The notes beneath the pieces are model-generated. The model saw only the letters and a program-made list of their open reading frames with translations. It searched no databases and was not told the DNA's origin. Source: Obrimoposthia wandeli (Eukaryota). Taken from it: a stretch of DNA of 64,000 nt. The translations under genes were made by a program, and so were the position numbers. Below, in pieces: positions 29,983 to 39,082 of the stretch. Each line of letters begins with the position of its first letter. Position 1 is the stretch's first letter. The DNA is taken from positions 620,001 to 684,000 of the forward strand of contig CDROCS010000506.1 of assembly GCA_977020255.1 (NCBI GenBank). Direction: 5' to 3'.

Positions 29983-30972
29983 CTATTTACCACGCCTAAC
30001 ACCGCGCGATGTACGGCTGCCACTATTTCTAAATGATCCGCTACTGCTTGTTGCCTTACTACCAGTCGAATTACTGCTCGTAAACGACTTTTTCGGTTTA
30101 GAGTAGCTACTCGCCGTTTTAGTCGGCGTATAACTAGAACGACTCAACCCAGCAGAACCCGAGCGTGTCCTCGCATAAGGTGAACTAAACGATTGGCCTT
30201 TACGTTGAAATGATTTACGTGTTTTAGTTTCAACTGCCGCTTGCTTAACGCTTTGCTTAGGGCTGGTATAACGCGAACGACCGTAATCATTGTAATAGCT
30301 ATAACGACGGTTTTGACTCCAATTTGAATAACCCACACGACCGGTTAAATCACCCAACATGCGATACATACCGTACCACTGCCAGAAACTGGTACCATTA
30401 CTACCGCTTTGCCAACCACCATAGTTAGGATTACCAACCATCTGACTACCAGCACCATAATCAGCACCAGCACCACTGCTTTGTTCAGCGTATTGGCTAA
30501 CTGCGCCAACACGTGCAAGTTGCCCGTCTGACATATCCGCTAATACATTAATTGGATCGGTCAACGCATCATTAAATAAGCTTTGTTTAGAGGCCTCGTT
30601 AATACGCGTCAACTCATCTAGCAATAAACCCGCGTTATCGAGTGTAGCCGTTTCAGCTCGAACATCGTTGAGTCGCATCGCCAGGTTTTCATATAAAGGA
30701 CCTTTGCGCGTTGCATCCTCTGCAATCAAATCTGCTATACGAGTGAGTTCTGGCTTTTGTTGTTTTAAAGCACGCGCATACTCAGATAACAATCTTGCAT
30801 TACGAATCGTACCCGTTTCAATAGCGGTGCCGAGTCGGTCAAGTGATTGCTCGGTAGTAAGCACTTGCTGTGAAATTGTCTTTTGTGTTTGTTCTAGTTT
30901 TGATTCACAGCCAGCTAACAGCTGTAAAATAAATAACAGACTTATTAACTTCCATGGTTTAATCATTGACAT
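29983..30972 (-). CDS. Uncharacterised lipoprotein with aromatic/Gly segment and basic Ser/Arg-rich tail
   Basis: Lipobox LAGC; helical domain; GNPNYGGW, FWQWYGMY; low-complexity tail ending RGVRRGK. Confidence 0.75.
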   Translation of the reverse strand: MSMIKPWKLISLLFILQLLAGCESKLEQTQKTISQQVLTTEQSLDRLGTAIETGTIRNARLLSEYARALKQQKPELTRIADLIAEDATRKGPLYENLAMRLNDVRAETATLDNAGLLLDELTRINEASKQSLFNDALTDPINVLADMSDGQLARVGAVSQYAEQSSGAGADYGAGSQMVGNPNYGGWQSGSNGTSFWQWYGMYRMLGDLTGRVGYSNWSQNRRYSYYNDYGRSRYTSPKQSVKQAAVETKTRKSFQRKGQSFSSPYARTRSGSAGLSRSSYTPTKTASSYSKPKKSFTSSNSTGSKATSSSGSFRNSGSRTSRGVRRGK

Positions 30973-31090
30973 AAATGGCCACCTATCTTGCCCGCCGATT
31001 TTAATATAATCACGCCATTATCTGGCTTTTTAATATCCCGTTACTGTACGTTTTAAGCATCAAAAAATCAATTAGTTATCACACTGTAAG

Positions 31091-33526
31091 CTACCTATTT
31101 TGTAAACGATTATAATCCAACAGGCCTGCGTTAATAGGCTGTAACTGTTGATTAAGCGCTTGGATGGTATCACTGTGCGCCCAGAATCGAGGATCTGAAC
31201 GTCTAATACCATAATCGTCTAGCCAAGCACTATAATCTATAGCGGTTTGCATCGCCGCTAAACGCGCTACAAATGTCGGTAATTGTGCAGCATCTACCGT
31301 TAAATATACGCTAGGGTAATCACCAATAATACCACTCACCACCGTTAGCGTATCTTCTGCCGGTAATAAATTCGATTCTTCATCCAATAAACTGGACATA
31401 TTACTGTGAGCCACGTTTTTCACTAAACTATAAACGCGTTTCTTATCTCCATCATTCACCAGTAATACCGATGTTTCTGGCAACTGATTAACGGGTTTGC
31501 CCACCAACGCCATAAGCACCTGCATTAATGCCACTTCTTTAGCGGGTGTGCCTTCTTGCGCGAGTGCGTAGTTAGTTGGTAATACCTGCGCAAGATGCTG
31601 TTTCAATAAGCCAAACAGCTCTAGTTTATGATCTTGTGTCTGGTAATCAATATCACTGTCTTTAGCGACGAAATGATCACTCTCTTCTAAATATTGTTGT
31701 AAGTTAATGCCTTCATCACGATACCAATAATCATGTTCTTGTTGGCGACGGTCTTTAGGCAATAGATTTAAGAAATTAAATTCCGCTTCCATGCGTAAAA
31801 AGTCCATATACAAACGGGTATTTAATTGGTGGCCGACATTACCATATACATCAAATCCAGCGACTAATAAATAATGGATCCGCTCTAGTAATGGATAGTC
31901 AATTAACCAGGCTGTTTTAGGTGCCTGACCAACAAGTCCCTTCACCACAGTTGCACTATCAAAATGACGGAAAATAGTCAGTGCAGCGTTATCATTACCT
32001 TGCGGGTTTTGATTTGCAGAGGTGAGGTTGTCACCATTCCAAACTAAATGTAAATCCAATAATGACTCTTGATTAAATAACTGATTAACTTTGAGTTTCT
32101 TCGCTTGTGAATATGCTTTTTGCGCTTGTGAATATTGATACCAAGTAACGACGACACCCGCGTTACTTTCCGATTCAGCGGGTAAACGTAAATGCGCTTT
32201 CTGTTCAGAAAGAAAATTATCACTATTAAGTCCGGCTTGGGCTTCACGCGTAACAAAGAATACCCAAAAATGATCATCAATCACATTAACCGCTATTTGA
32301 CCACGACAAACAGGCCCTTTAATAAAGCCCATAATGGTATTTTGAGCCTCTTGCAGCATAAACTTATAACGTGATTGCGCCGGTATAGCTTCAAAGGTAA
32401 TGAATGGGTTCGAGGCAACTTGTGGTTTATAACTCGGTAAACTTTTAACTTCATATGGTGGTTGCTCAAAAATTTCTTTAAATGTCGCCATACGCGCAGG
32501 GTTTAGCGCATAAGGTAAATGCGTTTTAGCTAAAATAGTTTCACGTTCACGCTGTAAACGGTAATAAACACGCGTCGTTTTTGGGTCATCATAAGGGCGA
32601 CGCGTGGCAATAATCTCGATTGGCGTACCCGGTGGGGTTTTCGAGCGAACTAATTTGAAATAGGTTGGTGCTAACTCACTAAAATAAAGATGAGATAAAA
32701 ACAAGTGCTCATAAATATAACGGCTCACCAACTGACTTTTTAATGTGCTTTTATTCAACCATTGTTCCCAATGTAACACTTTCGCAAGGTGTTCATCAGA
32801 AAGCACTGGTAAAGGTGACATCTTAGCTCCGGCTGACAACCAAGACGTTAATAATTTGAACTCACCATTACTGAGTGCAGGCAGACCATACGGCATGCCA
32901 CCTTCAGGGTGTTGTAATGCGTAATCATCAAACTCACCGATGGTACTGCATTGCTGCTGTCGATTAAGCGAAAAATCATAGCTTTCAGGTAATATTTTGG
33001 CCTGTACTTTATCTGCTAATTCGTTTGAGGGGTCACTAGGCGATTCAGTAGATAGAGACTCATGATTAAAGCTATCTTGCTGTTTCAACGCTAATGAGCG
33101 GTACAGCACACTGGCCATCAAATTAGCTTCTTCGACTTGCTTACGCTCATTTAATACCGCTGAAAAACCTTGTTCACGCCATGCTTGAGTCGTCGTAGCA
33201 TCTTCATATAACCGCGTTGGTGGGATAGCCAATAACCGCGAACCACTGTGTATCAATGATTTGCTTAGGCCACGTTCAATGCCTTCTGGGGACGTTAGTT
33301 TTAATTGACATGGCGCGTCATAACAACCATGACATACCACGCAGCGCTGGTTAAGTAAGGGTTGTACAGCATTAAGATAAGTTGATGCTTGTATACTGGC
33401 TGGTGACACAGTGCGTTCCTGCACTTCTTCTGCGCCATACATGACATCATAGTTAGCCACGACTGTCGCAGCACAACCAGATAAAAGAATAAATAAAACC
33501 AAAATAACAGAGCGAGACATTAGCAT
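31091..33526 (-). CDS. cti: Fatty acid cis/trans isomerase
   Basis: CVVCH heme-c motif, YDAPCQLK, RYIYEHLF, GFIKGPVCRGQ, DYNRLQNR C-terminus. Confidence 0.92.
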   Translation of the reverse strand: MLMSRSVILVLFILLSGCAATVVANYDVMYGAEEVQERTVSPASIQASTYLNAVQPLLNQRCVVCHGCYDAPCQLKLTSPEGIERGLSKSLIHSGSRLLAIPPTRLYEDATTTQAWREQGFSAVLNERKQVEEANLMASVLYRSLALKQQDSFNHESLSTESPSDPSNELADKVQAKILPESYDFSLNRQQQCSTIGEFDDYALQHPEGGMPYGLPALSNGEFKLLTSWLSAGAKMSPLPVLSDEHLAKVLHWEQWLNKSTLKSQLVSRYIYEHLFLSHLYFSELAPTYFKLVRSKTPPGTPIEIIATRRPYDDPKTTRVYYRLQRERETILAKTHLPYALNPARMATFKEIFEQPPYEVKSLPSYKPQVASNPFITFEAIPAQSRYKFMLQEAQNTIMGFIKGPVCRGQIAVNVIDDHFWVFFVTREAQAGLNSDNFLSEQKAHLRLPAESESNAGVVVTWYQYSQAQKAYSQAKKLKVNQLFNQESLLDLHLVWNGDNLTSANQNPQGNDNAALTIFRHFDSATVVKGLVGQAPKTAWLIDYPLLERIHYLLVAGFDVYGNVGHQLNTRLYMDFLRMEAEFNFLNLLPKDRRQQEHDYWYRDEGINLQQYLEESDHFVAKDSDIDYQTQDHKLELFGLLKQHLAQVLPTNYALAQEGTPAKEVALMQVLMALVGKPVNQLPETSVLLVNDGDKKRVYSLVKNVAHSNMSSLLDEESNLLPAEDTLTVVSGIIGDYPSVYLTVDAAQLPTFVARLAAMQTAIDYSAWLDDYGIRRSDPRFWAHSDTIQALNQQLQPINAGLLDYNRLQNR

Positions 33527-33669
33527 CCTTTCACAACAGCCAGCATTTAATAAGAAAATATGAAGTACTGAAATTACTTATAAAATATGAGATTGGGCAT
33601 AATATACCGAGCCAAGTGACAAATACAAGTTGGCTCCTGTTAGTGAATCTATAAATTCAACACCTAAAA

Positions 33670-33705
33670 TAAAGCCAATTTAAGTATATGCTTAAATTGG
33701 CTTTA
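33670..33705 (-). terminator. Hairpin terminator after the AbgT gene
   Basis: taaagccaatttaag-tatatg-cttaaattggcttta. Confidence 0.7.
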
Positions 33706-33754
33706 ATGTTTTAGCCTCAACGAGCTAAAGCGAAGCTTATTAACCTATGCTAAA

Positions 33755-35317
33755 TCAACCCATACTATATGTGTAAGGTGCTTGAATACCCAGTGGGATA
33801 CCTAGCGCCCAATAACCAAGCAAGAATATTGTCCAAGCGATTAACATCGCAATCGAGTAAGGCATCATTAATGCGGCCAATGTACCAATACCCGAGCTCT
33901 TCATATAACGTTGCGTGTAAACAACGACTAACGGGAAGAACACCATTAATGGCGAGATGATATTAGATACAGAATCACCAACACGGTAAGCCGCTTGAGT
34001 TAACTCAGGTGAAATACCAACAGCCATCAACATAGGCACAAGTACCGGCCCAATTAATGCCCATTTTGCCGACGCGCTGCCAACTAATAAATTAACAAAT
34101 GCCGTCAACAAGATCATACCAACAATCGTCACCTGACCCGGCATATCCATTGATTTCAATAAATCTGCACCAGACAGAGCCAATAACGTACCCAAGTTAG
34201 ACTGGCTAAATGCCGCTAAGAATTGCGCACAGAAGAAAGCCATTACAATGTAACCGCCCATCGTACCCATCGTTGCAGCCATCGCTTTAATTACATCATC
34301 ACCTGATTTGAACGAGCCTGAAACACGGCCGTAAACAATACCCGGAATAATAAATAGCACAAAAATAAGCGGTACAATTGATTGCATAATCGGTGCGCTG
34401 AATGACGTTAACTCACCTTCAGGCGAACGTAATGGCGATGTTTCAGGGTATAACACCGTAATTAATGCCACGATACCTGCAAGCATAGTCCAACCAGCAT
34501 AGCTAAATGCTCTTGATTCCGCTGTCGATAATACCGCTAAATTAGGCGCTTCTTCTGCGTCTGTATCAACTGGCGTTGCAGCAAGACGAGGCTCAATGAT
34601 TTTCTCTGTTACATACCAACCAACACACACAACTAGAATTGAAGATAAGCCAGTGAAGAAAATATTTGCCAGTGGATTAACAATATAAGCAGGGTCTAAT
34701 ACTTGCGCAGCTGATTGTGTAAAGCCAGCCAGAAGTGGATCAATACCTGATGGGATAAAGTTAGCCGAGAAACCACCTGAAACACCTGCGAATGCAGCAG
34801 CAATACCCGCTAGCGGATGACGACCAGCCGCATGGAATATCACACCACCCATCGGGATCACTAACACATAACCGGCATCAGCAGCAGTATGTGAAATGAT
34901 AGCGACTAAAATCAACATCGGTGTTAACAATTTAGCTGGGGTGAAGTTAAGCATTTTCTTCAAACCAGTATTAATAAAACCAGATGCTTCAGCCACACCC
35001 AGACCAAGCATAGAAACCAGTACAATACCTAACGGCGCAAAACTGGTAAATGTGGTTACCATATTAGCGAGGAAAGAAGCCAATGACTGTCCAGTAAGCA
35101 AATTATTAACTTCAATCGCTTGCCCGGTAATTGGATGGATCATACCAAAATCGAACTGTGAAAATAACGCGGATAATAGCCAAACAATGACTAAGCCCCA
35201 AAAGAATAAAATGGCAGGATCAGGTATTTTATTACCCGCTCGCTCAATTAAATTCAAAAATTTATCCATTGCCCCTGAGGATTTCCCAGGTGTATTTGTC
35301 ACAGCTTGCTTGCTCAT
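33755..35317 (-). CDS. AbgT family transporter
   Basis: IERAGNKIPDP, GRHPLAGIAAAFAGVSGGFSAN, YRVGDSVSNIISP. Confidence 0.93.
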   Translation of the reverse strand: MSKQAVTNTPGKSSGAMDKFLNLIERAGNKIPDPAILFFWGLVIVWLLSALFSQFDFGMIHPITGQAIEVNNLLTGQSLASFLANMVTTFTSFAPLGIVLVSMLGLGVAEASGFINTGLKKMLNFTPAKLLTPMLILVAIISHTAADAGYVLVIPMGGVIFHAAGRHPLAGIAAAFAGVSGGFSANFIPSGIDPLLAGFTQSAAQVLDPAYIVNPLANIFFTGLSSILVVCVGWYVTEKIIEPRLAATPVDTDAEEAPNLAVLSTAESRAFSYAGWTMLAGIVALITVLYPETSPLRSPEGELTSFSAPIMQSIVPLIFVLFIIPGIVYGRVSGSFKSGDDVIKAMAATMGTMGGYIVMAFFCAQFLAAFSQSNLGTLLALSGADLLKSMDMPGQVTIVGMILLTAFVNLLVGSASAKWALIGPVLVPMLMAVGISPELTQAAYRVGDSVSNIISPLMVFFPLVVVYTQRYMKSSGIGTLAALMMPYSIAMLIAWTIFLLGYWALGIPLGIQAPYTYSMG

Positions 35318-35733
35318 TATAACTCCATCGTTATTTTCATCGTACGATTAAAAGTCAAAAATAATAGCTAAATAGGCATAATTTACAAGCGTATAATGCA
35401 GCCGATTACGTTACCAAAATACACCTATATATAACAAAATAGGTATGTTAGCGTTATGTACTACACTAATACAACCCAACCTATCAATGGCTTATATAAC
35501 ACTGCCATATAATAAATTGCGCTATATTCGTCTTACAAAATAGTTATTTAAAGCAGTGTAAATTATTTCACTGACACTTTGACCTGTACGATTAACCAAC
35601 GTAACTAGTTATATTTAGTACATATATATTATTGGTATATAAAGTCGCTGAATTACGTGAATACTGCATATGCACAATATCAATGAAATAATAAGCCGTT
35701 AAATACTCTATTCCTATCAACTCTGCTGATAAA

Positions 35734-36354
35734 CTATTGCTGATAACGGTGTAAAAAAGTATCGACTGATTTTTTCGGTGTTTTAGCTAATTTCTGTATT
35801 AATGGGAAAGGTATATAGGCCAAGTTATAACGTGATTTAATTTCCTCTAACATCACCAACCAGAGTTTAGTTGTCATTTCAGAATCAAATAACGCCCGGT
35901 GAAAACCACCGTCTGACGGGATATTGGCATAGTTAATCAACTCACCTAATTTATGACTCGGTGCGTCTTGAAAAATACGTCTCGCCACCAGCAATGAACA
36001 GCTAAATTCACCATCATAACCACGACCAATACGCGTTAATTCAGCGTCTAAAAAGCGCTTATCAAATGACGCATTATGGGCAACTAAATTATAACCTTGA
36101 ATAAAATCGGCAAAGCGGTGCATCACTTCTTCACACGGCGCTGCGTCTTCAAGCATGGTATTGGTGATACCGGTGTAATTGGCAATAAAACTACTGACAC
36201 GACGGCCTGGATGCATCAATTCTTGAAAACGACCCGTGATCTTGCCATTTTCAATTTTTACCGCCCCGATTTCAATCGCGCGATCCCCCATATCAGGAGA
36301 TAACCCCGTGGTCTCGAAATCCAATATAATAAGGGTATCAGCGTTCACTATCAT
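35734..36354 (-). CDS. DEDDh 3'-5' exonuclease (DnaQ-like)
   Basis: LDFETTG, HNASFD, HRALFD. Confidence 0.9.
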   Translation of the reverse strand: MIVNADTLIILDFETTGLSPDMGDRAIEIGAVKIENGKITGRFQELMHPGRRVSSFIANYTGITNTMLEDAAPCEEVMHRFADFIQGYNLVAHNASFDKRFLDAELTRIGRGYDGEFSCSLLVARRIFQDAPSHKLGELINYANIPSDGGFHRALFDSEMTTKLWLVMLEEIKSRYNLAYIPFPLIQKLAKTPKKSVDTFLHRYQQ

Positions 36355-36470
36355 TGCTACGTTCTCTCTCGTTGTACTTATAAGTCAGCCATGAATTATA
36401 AAACAGTATGCTCACACAAGCGATCTATGTCTACACTAGGGGTAATAGCTGTTTTATAAGAGGGAACTAT

Positions 36471-38870
36471 ATGTCGATAAAACCTCTAAGTTGTAGCCAA
36501 TTATACCGAGCTTCAACACTCACCAAGCTTGCAGCGGACTGCAAATCAACCAAACACCTGCAACCACTCGATCAAATTATCGGTCAAGACCGCGCACAAC
36601 AAGCGGTCGAATTTGCCATGTCGATAAAAGAAAAAGGTTATAATATCTATGCCCTTGGCCACAATGGCCTCGGCAAGCGCACCATGATATTACGTTACCT
36701 CAACCGTCATGATCCAAGCACCAATAACCAGCCCGTTTTTGATTGGTGTTATACGGTTAATTTTGATGATGCACGCCTCCCAAGAGTATTAAAACTACCC
36801 GCTGGTACTGCGCATCAATTTAAAAAAGATGTAGAAAGTCTGACCCTACGCTTAGTCAAAGCCTTATCAATGGCATTTGATAACGAGATCTATTTTGCGC
36901 GCGCTGAAAAACTCAAAAATCAATTAGAAAGTAAACAAGAAGCGATATTACAAGACCTGACCAAATCCGCTGAGCAACATAGCATTAGCTTAACACTCAC
37001 CGCACAAGGCGATTATCAGCTCGTCGCCATGAACGACAAAAATGAAGCTTACTCTGAAACCGATTTTGACGCCTTAACAGATAGCCAAAAGAAACGTTTT
37101 GAAACGAAAATTACTGAATTGGAAATAAAGTTACGTGGCATCATTCGCCAATTAACCATTTGGGAAGAAAAGTTTACCGACAAGATACAAAAACTAGATG
37201 AACAAATCGCGCAGGATGTACTAGTACATTGCACAACCACATTAAAAGAAAAATACAGTCACTTACCCGAGGTAAAAGCGCATTTAATCGCGATGAATAA
37301 AGACATATTAGACAATCTTGATATCTTTGTGGAAGACAGTGAGGATGATATTACCTTAGCTTATGCTGCGTTAGACAAAAAAATGCCGCGCCGCTATCAA
37401 ATTAACGTACTCGTTTGCCAAGAAACCAACACCTTACCTATCGTGATAGAAGAAAGCCCTAACTACCATACTATTTTTGGCTATATCGAGAATGCCACGT
37501 TTAAAGGGACCGTGTTTACCGATGCATCTTTGATCCGAGCGGGTAGCTTGCATCGCGCTAATGGCGGAGTATTAATGATTGATGCAATCAAAGTTCTTGA
37601 GCGTCCCTATGTTTGGGATGGCTTGAAACGTGCTTTACGCGCCAATAAGTTAAGTCTCAGTTCATTGGAACGTGAAGTCAGCTTATCGGGTACTATTTCA
37701 TTAGATCCCGAACCCATACCACTGTCGGTTAAGATCATTCTGTTCGGTGATTATCAGACTTATCAGCTACTACAAGAATACGACCCTGAATTTAGAGAGT
37801 TATTTCGTGTCACCGCCGATTTTGAAGATGTCATGCCTCGCACCGATATTGCCGAGGCCAACTATGCTAAATTCATTTCGAGCATAGTGCACGACAATAA
37901 TATGCTGCATTGTGACCGTAAAGCCATGAGCAGGATCATCGAATACAGTTCACGCCAAGCGGAAGATCAAGACATGCTTTCCTTGCACTCTGTCGATATC
38001 GCCAATTTACTGCGCGAGACTAACTATTGCGCCCGACTCGCCAATGCTACCCTTATTCGTCATCACCATGTGGAACAAGCGCTAGCCAACAAACAGCAAC
38101 GTTCTGGCAGATTACAAGACTACCTATTGCATAGCTTTATGAACGGATCTACGCTCATTGATATTAAAGGCCAGGTGATAGGCCAAATTAATGCACTTTC
38201 CGTTATAGCCACAGCAGACAGTCAATTTGGTATACCAGGTCGCATCACCGCGACAGCCTCTTTTGGCGAAGGTGAAATTTTCGATATTGAACGACAGGTA
38301 AAACTCGGAGGTAATATCCATTCCAAAGGCGTGATGATCTTATCCGCATATTTAGCGTCAGTATTTGGCCAAACCGCCATCATCCCACTGACTACACGTT
38401 TAACGTTCGAACAGTCTTATGGCCATGTTGATGGTGATAGCGCCTCACTCGCCGAATGCTGCGCCATTATTTCCGCATTTTCACAGCTACCATTACGTCA
38501 GGACATTGCCATCACCGGATCCATGGATCAGTTTGGACATGCGCAGCCTATCGGCGGCGTTAATGAAAAAATAGAAGGCTTCTTTGATGTGTGTTCATCG
38601 ATTACAACACTCTCAACACAAGGGGTGATTATTCCACGCTCTAATGTCCACAATTTGATGTTAAGGAGCGATGTCATTACCGCTGTTGAACAAGGCCGAT
38701 TCAATATTTGGGCTATTGATCATGTCACCGAAGCGATTAATTTACTCACTAACATCATCGCAGGCTCAATGAACAACAAAGGAGAATATGCACATAACTC
38801 GGTGTTTGGTATTACCCAAAACCGATTAACCAGCCTACGAACAGATAATAGTCCCACGGCAAGCACATAA
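36471..38870 (+). CDS. Lon-like (LonB/YcbZ-type) AAA protease
   Basis: IGQDRAQQA, AGSLHRANGG, DGDSAS and GGVNEKIEG Ser-Lys dyad; ATG at 36471 follows AGAGGGA. Confidence 0.88.
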   Translation: MSIKPLSCSQLYRASTLTKLAADCKSTKHLQPLDQIIGQDRAQQAVEFAMSIKEKGYNIYALGHNGLGKRTMILRYLNRHDPSTNNQPVFDWCYTVNFDDARLPRVLKLPAGTAHQFKKDVESLTLRLVKALSMAFDNEIYFARAEKLKNQLESKQEAILQDLTKSAEQHSISLTLTAQGDYQLVAMNDKNEAYSETDFDALTDSQKKRFETKITELEIKLRGIIRQLTIWEEKFTDKIQKLDEQIAQDVLVHCTTTLKEKYSHLPEVKAHLIAMNKDILDNLDIFVEDSEDDITLAYAALDKKMPRRYQINVLVCQETNTLPIVIEESPNYHTIFGYIENATFKGTVFTDASLIRAGSLHRANGGVLMIDAIKVLERPYVWDGLKRALRANKLSLSSLEREVSLSGTISLDPEPIPLSVKIILFGDYQTYQLLQEYDPEFRELFRVTADFEDVMPRTDIAEANYAKFISSIVHDNNMLHCDRKAMSRIIEYSSRQAEDQDMLSLHSVDIANLLRETNYCARLANATLIRHHHVEQALANKQQRSGRLQDYLLHSFMNGSTLIDIKGQVIGQINALSVIATADSQFGIPGRITATASFGEGEIFDIERQVKLGGNIHSKGVMILSAYLASVFGQTAIIPLTTRLTFEQSYGHVDGDSASLAECCAIISAFSQLPLRQDIAITGSMDQFGHAQPIGGVNEKIEGFFDVCSSITTLSTQGVIIPRSNVHNLMLRSDVITAVEQGRFNIWAIDHVTEAINLLTNIIAGSMNNKGEYAHNSVFGITQNRLTSLRTDNSPTAST

Positions 38871-39082
38871 ACAGATGTCGTTTAATAAATACAGGGGGTG
38901 GATTTACTGACCTATATCGAATCTCCCCCGACAAAGATAAAGAAAGATAAATAAACATAAACAAATATGAATAACCCTAATAAAAACACCAATTTAGGAT
39001 TTATTAACAGCTAAATATGTTGACATAAATAAATGAAATTTTATACTGCAACCTCCTTAGTCAATGATAAGTAGTCGCTCTG

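Noticed and set aside
36391-36406. Near-LexA box (ATG-N10-CAG) upstream of the DEDDh exonuclease
   Set aside because: Mismatch in the invariant CTG half-site; not supportable without conservation data
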